64,000 nt of DNA from a virus. Of this stretch, positions 46,959-56,158 are shown one piece after another. Location: positions 1 to 64,000 of the IMG/VR virus record IMGVR_UViG_3300043411_000952. One strand, 5' to 3'. The notes beneath the pieces are model-generated. The model had not been told where the DNA came from, did not search any database, and saw only the letters and a list, made by a program, of their open reading frames with translations. The stretch's first letter is position 1; every line of letters starts with the position of its first letter. The translations under genes and the position numbers were made by a program.

Positions 46959-49785
46959 CATGAAAAGATCTCAAGTAGACGAAATACTTTCCAAAGTTAA
47001 AAAGCAAGCTTCAGCAGTTGCTAAGGTTCGTTCTATCTTACCTAATCGTAAGGTAGACGCTAATAATAATGGTATTCCTGACGACGAGGAAGAGTATGTG
47101 CCTGTAGGAGTTAAAGGACTGCTTTCAGCATCTCAGAAATTGCTGGCTATTAATAGGGGGCTAGACGCACCAGACGAACGTGATAGTTTACTATTCAAAA
47201 GAATACTAACTACAGATCGGCTGTTATCTGAACGTGTTCGTTTAGATAGTGATAGGGTGCGCGGATCAATGCTTCCGCTCATTGCCCGGCATAAGAATCT
47301 TAAGGCAGTAGGTCCGTTTGCCTTTGATTCCTATATGGAGAAGTTCCTTATTGGGAATCCTTTGTCCTCTCCTTTGGAAGAAATTAATCCTCTACATCTA
47401 TTAGAGCAGTCACGTAGAGCTACGCAGATGGGACCTGGCGGTATTGGTACTGACAATGCTATAACAGAAGGTATGCAGTGTCATGACGCTGATACGGAAG
47501 TCTTCACGCGCGCTGGTTGGAAAAGATGGAATGAGGTTAGCCTAGAAGACGAATTGGCTTGCAAGCTAGATGAGCGGCTGGAATTTCATAAGCCTTCCTC
47601 TTTACATAAATCTTTTTATAAAGGCTTGATGTATGGGGTTGATTCTAATACAGTAAATTTTTTAGTAACTCCTAATCATAGAATATGGACCGCTCCTTCG
47701 GTACGCACAAAAAAATGGGCATTCGAGAGCGCGGAAGAGCACTACGGTAAATTTAGAGTTTACTCTGCTGCTCACATAGCATACGCGGGCAGTGATTCTT
47801 CTGACTATTTTGAATTAGCCCCTGCGCCGCGCGCGTCTACTGGGGATAGACCACGTATTATCCCTCCTATTGACATGGGTGATTGGTGTGAATTTTTGGG
47901 TTGGTATATGGCGGAGGGTTCTTGTTACAACACAAAGAAGCATCATTACACAGTTACCATCACTCAATGCCCTATAGCAAATCCTGAGAAATGTAAAAAA
48001 ATAACCGATTTACTATCTAAACTACCTTTTAAGTTTAAACAGTATGGCAGAAATTTTGTAACAGGCTGTAAATCTTTATATTTATATTTAAGTGTATTTG
48101 GTTATTGCGGAGATAAATATATTCCGGATTTTTTATTTGAGGTTAAATCTGAGTATAGACGCAGATTCCTAGACGCTTTTTGTTTAGGCGACGGCAATAA
48201 AAACAGAGCAGGTGCGAATATTTTCTCCACATCAAGCCATAGATTAGCAGGCGGGTTAGCCAGGCTTTTAACTTTGGCTGGCGCTTCTGTATCGTTAGGT
48301 AATAATTGGACCGGTAAAAATAGAAAAGGCGAGGTGAGTTGTACTATGCATCGCGTTAATGAGCTGACCGTTAGAATCAAAGAAGTTAAACCCCATAATC
48401 ATTGCAAGGTCGAATACGAGGGTTACGTATACTGCGCCTCAGTTCCTGGCGGTCTACTTCTGACTAGGAGGAAGGGTAAGCAGTTTTGGTCAGGTAACTC
48501 AATTAGGACAGACCAGTTTGGGTTTATATCAAGTTTGGAAGGACCAGAATGTATAGGTAAAGGTACTAGGGTTTATACCTATACTGGTTGGCAATTGTGG
48601 GAGAATGTAAATTCTGATACTGAGTTTGCTTGTAATATAGATGGTAAGTTAGAATTTCATAAAGCTTCGGCTATACAAAAGTACCATTTTAAGGGTGACT
48701 TGATTAGAGCGGAGCATAAGAATATTCTGATGCGCGTTACACCACAACATAGAGTTTACTACTCTGCAAAACCAGTTGATAATTGGCAGCAATACAAAGT
48801 TGCTTTTGCGGATAATCTATACGGTAAGACTATACGCGTACCCTGCTGGCACCTGCCTTATGAAGGCATTATGAAAGACAAAAGTCATTTTGATATGCCT
48901 GGTGTGGGCGTTGTTCCAATAGAATCATTTGCGGCTTTCATGGGTTGGTTTCTATCTGAAGGTAATATCACGGCGGAAGAATCTATTAATTCGCATGTGT
49001 GTATTTCACAGTCTTCGCTGGCTAATCCTGACTGTTTTCAAGAAATTGAAGAATTGTTAAATTCTATGTGTATTAAGTTTACGTATAGAAAATATGGACC
49101 CTCTGCTGGAGAAGAAAAGTCAGGTGTAAAAAATGGTTTTTTAATTTACAATCCGCAGTTGTATAATTTTCTGCTTTCTTATGTACCTGCCGGAAGGTTG
49201 TGTCATGAAAAAGGATTTCCTGCAGAGCTTTTGGAATTTCCAGTCCACGCGCGCGAAGCGCTACTATACGCCTTAATGCAAGGTGATGGGCGTATTAATA
49301 AGACGCATAATGCATATTGTACAACATCTCCGTTACTGGCTGAAGGAGTAGAGAAGCTAATGATTTCTCTGGGACACCCGTGTCGTATCAGACTAGAGCC
49401 TGATAAGCGCCCACATGTAAAAACGATGAATTATGCGGTGAGCCAGTTTAAAGTTAAAGAAAAATCTATTTGGGGTAAAAGTTACAAACACAAAAACTAT
49501 CCAGGTAAGGAGTACGGAAGTCACTGGTCTAAAGAGCCATATGATGATTTGGTTTATTGCGCTACTGTCCCGGGCAGTAAATTGTTTATACGCGGATCTA
49601 TGGAGACACAGCCATTCTGGTCTGGTAACAGTGAAAAGATAGGAATCGACAGTAGAATGGCCTGGGGGTCTAAAATAGGTTCAGACGGTAAACCGTATCA
49701 AAGATTCTATAATCGCAAAACCAAAAAGGTCCAGTGGATGAGCCCGGAAGACCTGGATGGGTTAACTGTTAAATTACCAGATTAA
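46945..49785 (+). CDS. rpoB: RNA polymerase beta subunit second fragment with two inteins (~246 aa spliced)
   Basis: EEINPL..L...RR.TQMGPGGI...Q|SIRTDQFGFISSLEGPE|SEKIG corresponds to RpoB NPLS...KRR.SALGPGG...VH.THYGR.CP.ETPEG.NIG. Confidence 0.85.
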   Translation: MLNLNMKRSQVDEILSKVKKQASAVAKVRSILPNRKVDANNNGIPDDEEEYVPVGVKGLLSASQKLLAINRGLDAPDERDSLLFKRILTTDRLLSERVRLDSDRVRGSMLPLIARHKNLKAVGPFAFDSYMEKFLIGNPLSSPLEEINPLHLLEQSRRATQMGPGGIGTDNAITEGMQCHDADTEVFTRAGWKRWNEVSLEDELACKLDERLEFHKPSSLHKSFYKGLMYGVDSNTVNFLVTPNHRIWTAPSVRTKKWAFESAEEHYGKFRVYSAAHIAYAGSDSSDYFELAPAPRASTGDRPRIIPPIDMGDWCEFLGWYMAEGSCYNTKKHHYTVTITQCPIANPEKCKKITDLLSKLPFKFKQYGRNFVTGCKSLYLYLSVFGYCGDKYIPDFLFEVKSEYRRRFLDAFCLGDGNKNRAGANIFSTSSHRLAGGLARLLTLAGASVSLGNNWTGKNRKGEVSCTMHRVNELTVRIKEVKPHNHCKVEYEGYVYCASVPGGLLLTRRKGKQFWSGNSIRTDQFGFISSLEGPECIGKGTRVYTYTGWQLWENVNSDTEFACNIDGKLEFHKASAIQKYHFKGDLIRAEHKNILMRVTPQHRVYYSAKPVDNWQQYKVAFADNLYGKTIRVPCWHLPYEGIMKDKSHFDMPGVGVVPIESFAAFMGWFLSEGNITAEESINSHVCISQSSLANPDCFQEIEELLNSMCIKFTYRKYGPSAGEEKSGVKNGFLIYNPQLYNFLLSYVPAGRLCHEKGFPAELLEFPVHAREALLYALMQGDGRINKTHNAYCTTSPLLAEGVEKLMISLGHPCRIRLEPDKRPHVKTMNYAVSQFKVKEKSIWGKSYKHKNYPGKEYGSHWSKEPYDDLVYCATVPGSKLFIRGSMETQPFWSGNSEKIGIDSRMAWGSKIGSDGKPYQRFYNRKTKKVQWMSPEDLDGLTVKLPD
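47479..48498 (+). mobile_element. RNAP intein A (340 aa, LAGLIDADG)
   Basis: CHDADTEV...VTPNH...GWYMAEG...FCLGDG...VYCASVP...FWSGN|S. Confidence 0.92.
48550..49629 (+). mobile_element. RNAP intein B (360 aa, LAGLIDADG)
   Basis: CIGKGT...VTPQH...GWFLSEG...LMQGDG...VYCATVP...FWSGN|S. Confidence 0.92.
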
Positions 49786-49786
49786 T

Positions 49787-50470
49787 ATGAATAGTTTAGA
49801 TAAGTTATTCCTTAGCTCTTTTATAATTAAGAAATCATACACCGCTAATACAGCGCCAGTACCTACATCGGGTATACTTGGACCAGCTGTTTCTTTACTA
49901 GACTCAGAAGTGCCGAAGGCTATACCTGTTGCTGCTCCTAAGGTCACACATAAACCAGCTCCTGTATCTTATGCATCTCACTATCAGCCTATACTAGATG
50001 TAATAAGAAAGGGAGAGGCTAATGTTGCTGGGTATGACACTATGGTAGGGAGTAATAAACCATTTGGCTTAACTAAAAAAACTTTGCAACAAGTATTAGA
50101 TTTACAGAGTCAGCGGCTTAAAACTCATGGCGGTACGGCTGCAGGTGGTTATCAAATATTAAATAAAAATTTAATGGATTTAGCTAAGCAGCATAAACAC
50201 GATCTAAATAAAACTGTGTTTGATCAGAATACACAGGATACGTACGCTAAAAGTTTGATTGATAGAAGAGGATTTAAAGACTATTTATCTGGTAAAATTA
50301 ATGCGGAGCAGATGCGGATTAATTTAGCTAAGGAGTGGGCAGCGCTCCCGGCTAAAGGAGAGCAGTCATACTACCATGGTACAGGTAATAACGCTGCTAG
50401 AGTTTCATCCTCAGAAATAAATACAGCCATACAGAAAGCTTTAGAGCTTCATAGAAAAGCTGCAAGATAA
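49787..50470 (+). CDS. Lambda-lysozyme-like (GH104-type) muramidase
   Basis: LDVIRKGE...YD, TAAGGYQI, FD..TQD, LAKEWAALP, SYY. Confidence 0.8.
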   Translation: MNSLDKLFLSSFIIKKSYTANTAPVPTSGILGPAVSLLDSEVPKAIPVAAPKVTHKPAPVSYASHYQPILDVIRKGEANVAGYDTMVGSNKPFGLTKKTLQQVLDLQSQRLKTHGGTAAGGYQILNKNLMDLAKQHKHDLNKTVFDQNTQDTYAKSLIDRRGFKDYLSGKINAEQMRINLAKEWAALPAKGEQSYYHGTGNNAARVSSSEINTAIQKALELHRKAAR

Positions 50471-50514
50471 GTTGACTTAAGACTCGCAATGCCTTTTATT
50501 AGCGTACGAAATTT

Positions 50515-51540
50515 ATGAACTTTTTCGAAAAACTTTTTCTGTCTGCCTATTTAATCAAAACTGCGGGGATTCCGGGAGGACTCTTAGCTAGAGGAGTAAG
50601 AGGAGCTGCGCGAAATACCGGCAGTAAAATAAAATATAAGCCTAAGCCTAAGCCTAAGCCTAAGCCTAAGCCAATATTGTCGCCAGGCGAGCAGGCTGTT
50701 GCAAACGCGCGCAGCAATCTTTCCCCAATGGAAAACGCAGCTCGTACGCAACATGTCGTAAACAAGCACGTTAAAGGGCTTGCGCCGCAAACACCATCCG
50801 TGGCACCTACACGTAAACCCATATTAACTAATGTGCCTGATGGTGTGCCGACTATTCCAGCCGCTAGCGCCATGGCATCCGCTCCCATTGCTGCTGTAGC
50901 GCCAGCCGTCGCAGCCGCTATGCCGACAGGTTTAGGCTTGGCGCGACAAGGTCTTGGGCAAGTAGCTACCGGGGCAAGACAGGCCTTAAGTAGCGGTGCC
51001 GCCGCAGCGCGCGGTGGTTTAATATCAGCAGCTAGAAATCCTTTAGCGCAGGCTGGAGGCGTTGGTCTTTTAGGTGGTGCTGTAGGTGCTTATGGAATGA
51101 ACAGATTAATGGGGGGCAGCGCTGCCGCGCAGCCAGCCACGCCTCAGTCATCAGGCGCAACTACCCCCAGCATGGCTGTTACGCCAGCACCAGCGGCTAT
51201 CCCCGCGCCAGCTCCAGATTACGCAGCTATGGATGCAGAAGGTATGGAAGATATGCAGGCCCCCAGCATGGCTGTTACGCCAGCACCAGCGGCTATCCCC
51301 GCGCCAGCTCCAGATTACGCAGCTATGGATGCAGAAGGTATGGAAGATATGCAGGCCCTGGGCGCGGAAACTCCTATCGATTACAATGCCGCTTTTCATA
51401 AATACATGGGGAGCAACTACAATAATAATTCCGCGCTAGATCAAGCCAAGATGCAGTATCTGAAATCTTTAAGTACACAGAATAGAGAACTTAACGCCGC
51501 CAACATCTATAATCCTGCGTACGGATACGGTAAGTGGTAA
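50515..51540 (+). CDS. Ala/Gly/Pro-rich putative virion (ejection-type) protein
   Basis: N-terminal LIKTA, Gly-zipper-like hydrophobic helix, internal repeats. Confidence 0.6.
   Translation: MNFFEKLFLSAYLIKTAGIPGGLLARGVRGAARNTGSKIKYKPKPKPKPKPKPILSPGEQAVANARSNLSPMENAARTQHVVNKHVKGLAPQTPSVAPTRKPILTNVPDGVPTIPAASAMASAPIAAVAPAVAAAMPTGLGLARQGLGQVATGARQALSSGAAAARGGLISAARNPLAQAGGVGLLGGAVGAYGMNRLMGGSAAAQPATPQSSGATTPSMAVTPAPAAIPAPAPDYAAMDAEGMEDMQAPSMAVTPAPAAIPAPAPDYAAMDAEGMEDMQALGAETPIDYNAAFHKYMGSNYNNNSALDQAKMQYLKSLSTQNRELNAANIYNPAYGYGKW
50637..50672 (+). repeat. (TAAGCC)6 encoding poly-KP
   Basis: Directly visible. Confidence 0.9.
51164..51358 (+). repeat. Perfect 96-bp tandem duplication (32 aa)
   Basis: PSMAVTPAPAAIPAPAPDYAAMDAEGMEDMQA twice. 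Confidence 0.92.
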
Positions 51541-51587
51541 AACTATTTCTTGATTAACTAATAAAATTCGCTACAATCTGATACACT

Positions 51588-51776
51588 ATGCCAAACGAAA
51601 TCACTCCTGAATTAGTCCGTCAAGCTAAGTATGAAGGCTTTATCCGCCATACTTCAGCTATCCACGACGACAAAGCCACCTCGCAAAAATTTGCTGATTA
51701 TGTTGAAAAAGACAAAGCCAGAGAGAATAAATTTGTAGAACTTCGCGGTAATATCCTGGAAGGATTAAAGCAATAA
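51588..51776 (+). CDS. Small hypothetical protein
   Basis: Preceded by TTGATT-N16-TACAAT and followed by a terminator. Confidence 0.65.
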   Translation: MPNEITPELVRQAKYEGFIRHTSAIHDDKATSQKFADYVEKDKARENKFVELRGNILEGLKQ

Positions 51777-51792
51777 TCTGGTGCATTTTCTA

Positions 51793-51831
51793 GCCTCCAT
51801 GGTAGCGTATGTCTACCGTGGAGGTTTTTTT
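51793..51831 (+). terminator. Intrinsic terminator abutting the next ATG
   Basis: GCCTCCATGGTAG-loop-CTACCGTGGAGG plus T7. Confidence 0.8.
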
Positions 51832-52221
51832 ATGCCCAAGCCCAAATCTAATTCAAAGCGCCCTGTATGCCGTAGGAATAAACTCAGGATTACAGAGAGT
51901 AAGTTAGGTAGGCAGCAGGCCCTGGGTTTGTGGGAGAAGGTGAATGATAAAACATCACTGATCACTGTGGATGAGAGGCTGAGAGGATTTCAGCGGTTAA
52001 TGATTGTGGTGCATGAGTCACTACATGAGACATGCCGGGACTGGACTGAGGAGAAAGTTGTAGCTGTGAGCGAATTTTTAGCTCGCGTTCTTTGGGAATG
52101 TGATTATAGACATGTTGATCATCATGGGGAGGCTAAGCCTAGCTACAAGACTCCTATAAAAAGGAAGAAATCGTCTACTGTCAAAACAAAGGAAATATGG
52201 GATACAAAAAACCAAAGCTAG
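51832..52221 (+). CDS. Small HExxH (zincin-like) protein
   Basis: IVVHESLHE....W.EE.V; GGAGG ends 7 nt before ATG 51832. Confidence 0.6.
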   Translation: MPKPKSNSKRPVCRRNKLRITESKLGRQQALGLWEKVNDKTSLITVDERLRGFQRLMIVVHESLHETCRDWTEEKVVAVSEFLARVLWECDYRHVDHHGEAKPSYKTPIKRKKSSTVKTKEIWDTKNQS

Positions 52222-52898
52222 GAACGTTCGCGACCCCGGCACAGACTCAACGTTGGATTAAATGTCTGAATAGTTGGGCTAAAGCTAACGATAAGACGCA
52301 TACGGACATTTCAAATATGTTGGGCTACTCCAGTAGATCAGGGTGGTACCGTTTATTGCAGGGTGTTAATAGAAGAGCGAGGTTAGCTTTGATTCGTTCT
52401 TCTACACAGCAACTTGGATTGGATTCCAATTTTATTAATGGTGTGTTTGATTTCAAAGCTAAGTTTTCTGAAGCGAGGAATATATTCACTGATTTCAAAG
52501 AATCGTACGCTCAGTGTTTAGGTCAAGGCAATCAGTACCAGGCTTCTCAGATTGTGCGCAAGGCGGCTATGTTTCTTTATGAAACACTTGTACCTAAAGA
52601 TATGATTTTGGGGTTGGAGCTTACTAATAGAAAAAACGAGTATGAGTCTGCAAAGATTTATTGTAGTATTGATGAAATAAATATGTATTACATAACTATA
52701 TTTGGAGGTCCTATATGTGTTATGTTTTCGTTATGTAAAAAGATAAATGGTATGACTGTTCCTATTATGGAGGGTGATTTAGATATACATGCTGTCAGCG
52801 CAATTAAACATCAAGTGTCTACCGGAAAGAAAAAGCATTATAAATCACAGAAGAGTATTGCTAAATTTGAAGATAATGCTAAGCAGTTTACTTTATAA
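52197..52898 (+). CDS. Putative HTH DNA-binding protein
   Basis: THTDISNMLGYSSRSGWYRLLQG is HTH-like. Confidence 0.55.
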   Translation: MGYKKPKLGTFATPAQTQRWIKCLNSWAKANDKTHTDISNMLGYSSRSGWYRLLQGVNRRARLALIRSSTQQLGLDSNFINGVFDFKAKFSEARNIFTDFKESYAQCLGQGNQYQASQIVRKAAMFLYETLVPKDMILGLELTNRKNEYESAKIYCSIDEINMYYITIFGGPICVMFSLCKKINGMTVPIMEGDLDIHAVSAIKHQVSTGKKKHYKSQKSIAKFEDNAKQFTL

Positions 52899-52900
52899 TT

Positions 52901-53497
52901 ATGTCTCAAAGCATTGATACTGGCGTTGAAAGAACACCTCCTACTGTGTCGGCCATGAGGAGTTTCAAAGAAAAGCTTTTACAAGGGCACAAGGTTAAGG
53001 CTTCTCAATTCGGCATTGAACTACCTGTTATGAAAATACAAGACGATGTCGCTTATGGGCCTGATGATGAATCGGATTCTACGGATAACTCGGAAGAAGA
53101 TACAGGCGTTACAGATGTGTACCAAGATCCTGATGAGATAGGACCTACGGAAGACACAACCTCCTACACAACGCCTTATATAGGTAAAGCTGCTATGAAG
53201 AGAGATCCAGTACAGATGTTGGCTGACTATTTAGAACAAACACCTGCTAAAGAGGAAGTCAGGATTGTAGGTCCGTTTGGTAGGCTGGGTTTTAAGGCTT
53301 TAAACGTTAGCATTACAGAATTTGGAGTAGCCTTCATTATTAAAAGGGATGCTATACAATTCGAGCCGAACATAAATACAGAATTGACTATACAATATCG
53401 AGGTCAGGACTATTCTGTAATTTATGCAGGAGGGTTCTTTACTTTCCCCAAAATACCTTTTACATTTGTATCCTTTCTGCGAATTCAAACTGAATAA
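52901..53497 (+). CDS. Hypothetical protein
   Basis: 198 aa with an acidic linker. Confidence 0.7.
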   Translation: MSQSIDTGVERTPPTVSAMRSFKEKLLQGHKVKASQFGIELPVMKIQDDVAYGPDDESDSTDNSEEDTGVTDVYQDPDEIGPTEDTTSYTTPYIGKAAMKRDPVQMLADYLEQTPAKEEVRIVGPFGRLGFKALNVSITEFGVAFIIKRDAIQFEPNINTELTIQYRGQDYSVIYAGGFFTFPKIPFTFVSFLRIQTE

Positions 53498-53499
53498 TT

Positions 53500-53664
53500 A
53501 TGATTAAAGAAGGCGTTGTTAAATCAGACAAAACACCTTGCCCTGTTACAGGTAAAGTGTGTAATTGCTCGCACCCAGAGAACGAGTGCGAACTTACAAT
53601 AGGTAAAGTTGCCTCAGCAGTGGAACTGGGCAGTATGCTTGACGGGAAAGACATTAACGAATAA
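53500..53664 (+). CDS. 54-aa Cys-containing ORF not in the supplied track
   Basis: MIKEGVVKSDKTPCPVTGKVCNC...GKVAS...; fills the gap between two co-oriented genes. Confidence 0.55.
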   Translation: MIKEGVVKSDKTPCPVTGKVCNCSHPENECELTIGKVASAVELGSMLDGKDINE

Positions 53665-53673
53665 ATAATACTT

Positions 53674-55488
53674 ATGGTCAATTATCCCGGCGACAATGAC
53701 GCGTTTGCAATTTGGACAGGTAAGAACCGCACCTTTGCAGACCCCTTCCTACTTCCCAGTAGCACAGCTATCCCGACTGAATTACAGTCTGCTCTAGATT
53801 TCTGTCTATTTCTTTATTACTTAAACCCTCTTTATCGCCGCGCATCTACGCGAGTAATTAGTCATTTTGTTACTGATATTGATTTTACTGGTAAGGATGG
53901 CGATCAAGATGAACGTGATGAATTTAAAAGTTTCTTGATTAATGACCTGGATATTTTTGGAGCGTTACTTGAAGTGGGGCAGGAGTGGAGTGCCTACGGT
54001 AATGCGTTCCTTCGTCTACACCTTCCATTTGATCGTGTACTTGTGGATCATAGAGATGGTAAGTATAAAGAATACGCACTTCCTATGTTCGGGGCGGATG
54101 TAAAGTATGATTATAAGGCCATGAAATATGATGTGCCGGATCCTACTACATTTGATAAGCCCAAGGAAAAAAGATCTAGAATTAAGCTAGATTTCATCGA
54201 CCGCCCTTCCCGGGATAAGTCACGGATTAGATTACGTAAAATCGATCCACGTCAGGTTGTTCTGCAGCATTCATTCATGAGTGGTAAGCAGCAAATGATT
54301 TATAGGTTTGAACCTGAGTGGGTTACCATGATTAAAAATAGTATCATGTACCAGGTTAATGAGACGCCAATGAGTATGCTCAAGGCTATTGCTCTAGAAC
54401 AGGATTTTCTATTCAATGAAGGACAGGTTTTCCACTTCAAAGCACCCACTATTTCAGGTGTTTCTAATTACGGTTGGGGTTTACCTGAAACTATTGCTAA
54501 CTTCCGTCATATTCATCAGCTACAGGTTCTTCGTAAGATTGATGAATCGGTTGGGTTAGATTATATGCTACCTTTCCGTATGTTCCATCCTGTGCCGTCC
54601 TCGCAGGCTAGTGATCCTATGAATTATATGTTACTGAATCGTTGGGGTTCAGAAATTAAAGAAGTGATAAAGCGTCGCCGCCTAGACCCGTTTGCTATCC
54701 ATGCTCTTCCTTTTCCAGTAACGTATCAAGAGTTCGGAGCTCAAGGTAAAAGCCTGGCTCCTAAAGAACTTGTAGAGTATCATAATAACGTGCTCCTTGA
54801 TTCCATGGGATACCCGGCAGAGTTGTTTAAAGGTTCATTACAAGTTCAGCAGATTCCTACTGCAGTGCGTCTGTTTGAGAATTCATTCCACTTCATTCAC
54901 CAGGGCTTTGATAGAATTGTTAAATGGGTGTCTGGTAGAATTTGCGACTATGTAGGTCAGCAACGTCTTGAGGCCTCCCTGCAGCTTCCTCGCCTTGCAG
55001 ATGACCTAGAGCGTCAGCGCGTATACATGCAGTTGGCCGCAGGCGCAGAAATTCCTCGCTCCATCGCTTATGGTCCGTTTGGTATCAAAGATCCTGTTGA
55101 AGCGGCTAAACAGCGCGCACAAGAAGATATTGAAATTCAGAAGGAGCAGATGAAGCTGCAGTCTGACTTCCAAAGACAACAGGAAATAGGGTCTATGGAC
55201 AACGTTCTGGCGCAGCAAGCGCAGCAAGGTGGCGCAGCAGGAAGCTCTCCTGCTGGTATGGAAGGCGGTATGGCTGGAGGCGAAATGAATCCGCTTGACA
55301 TCCAGAACAAAGCTGCTGAAATGGCGCAGCAATGGTTGCAGTTGCCTGTCGGTGAACGACAGAAGCAAATGGCAGCTGTTCGCACATCAAATCCGAACCT
55401 CCACGCAATGGCCAAGCAAAAGATGGAAGAAATGAGATCGCAAGCTGAAAGCCAGGGCAGAGATTCCTTATCACAACCACCGCAATAA
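53674..55488 (+). CDS. Portal protein (putative)
   Basis: Portal-like order: SAYGNAF, IDPRQV, VFHFK, YGWGLP, MGYPAELF; Q-rich tail; size and context fit. Confidence 0.7.
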   Translation: MVNYPGDNDAFAIWTGKNRTFADPFLLPSSTAIPTELQSALDFCLFLYYLNPLYRRASTRVISHFVTDIDFTGKDGDQDERDEFKSFLINDLDIFGALLEVGQEWSAYGNAFLRLHLPFDRVLVDHRDGKYKEYALPMFGADVKYDYKAMKYDVPDPTTFDKPKEKRSRIKLDFIDRPSRDKSRIRLRKIDPRQVVLQHSFMSGKQQMIYRFEPEWVTMIKNSIMYQVNETPMSMLKAIALEQDFLFNEGQVFHFKAPTISGVSNYGWGLPETIANFRHIHQLQVLRKIDESVGLDYMLPFRMFHPVPSSQASDPMNYMLLNRWGSEIKEVIKRRRLDPFAIHALPFPVTYQEFGAQGKSLAPKELVEYHNNVLLDSMGYPAELFKGSLQVQQIPTAVRLFENSFHFIHQGFDRIVKWVSGRICDYVGQQRLEASLQLPRLADDLERQRVYMQLAAGAEIPRSIAYGPFGIKDPVEAAKQRAQEDIEIQKEQMKLQSDFQRQQEIGSMDNVLAQQAQQGGAAGSSPAGMEGGMAGGEMNPLDIQNKAAEMAQQWLQLPVGERQKQMAAVRTSNPNLHAMAKQKMEEMRSQAESQGRDSLSQPPQ

Positions 55489-55497
55489 ATAAATTAA

Positions 55498-55842
55498 ATG
55501 GAAGTAGAAACTAAGATTGATTGGGTAGCAGCTATGAACGATGTCGCATCTGATATTTATCAGAATGCGGCTAATAAAGGGTTTTGGGACAAGGAGCGCA
55601 ATGACGGCGAAGCTATTGCGCTTATGCACTCAGAACTATCCGAAGCACTGGAGGCGTTAAGACACGGTAATCCTCCTGATGATAAAGTACCAGAATATAC
55701 AGGTGTAGAGGCGGAGTTAGCTGATGTCGTTATTCGTATATGTGATTTAGCAGCCGGAAGAGGTTGGCGCGTGTTCGAGGCTATGGCGGCTAAGATGCAG
55801 TACAATACTACTCGGGAGAGACTGCACGGTAAAGAATTCTAG
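55498..55842 (+). CDS. MazG-like NTP pyrophosphohydrolase
   Basis: LMHSELSEALEA...EAELADVVIR..D...KM.YN..R. Confidence 0.85.
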   Translation: MEVETKIDWVAAMNDVASDIYQNAANKGFWDKERNDGEAIALMHSELSEALEALRHGNPPDDKVPEYTGVEAELADVVIRICDLAAGRGWRVFEAMAAKMQYNTTRERLHGKEF

Positions 55843-55887
55843 TATATTTGCGTTTGTCTTAACGTCCATGATATGTTAAACTGTATC

Positions 55888-56157
55888 ATGGACGTTTTGA
55901 CTAAATTAGCTGCTAGCTTATATCTGCTTAAAAGGGCAGAGCAAAGTCGCATTGACAACGGACAACCCGCCAATGTCAAAAAATGGGATACTATAAAAGG
56001 CATTCCAGGCTCTGATGGTAATCAAAACTATACCGATCCTTTGTGTCCTAATCCTGATGATATGCCAACGGATCTTGGTATTAATAATAAGCAGCTGGTT
56101 ACAGGTACTGGCGGCGGCGCATTAATCTACGGACGTTACCGTAACGGAGACAGATAA
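55888..56157 (+). CDS. Small K-x-A protein
   Basis: MDVLTKLAASLYLLKRAE; start 55873 or 55888. Confidence 0.55.
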   Translation: MDVLTKLAASLYLLKRAEQSRIDNGQPANVKKWDTIKGIPGSDGNQNYTDPLCPNPDDMPTDLGINNKQLVTGTGGGALIYGRYRNGDR

Positions 56158-56158
56158 G

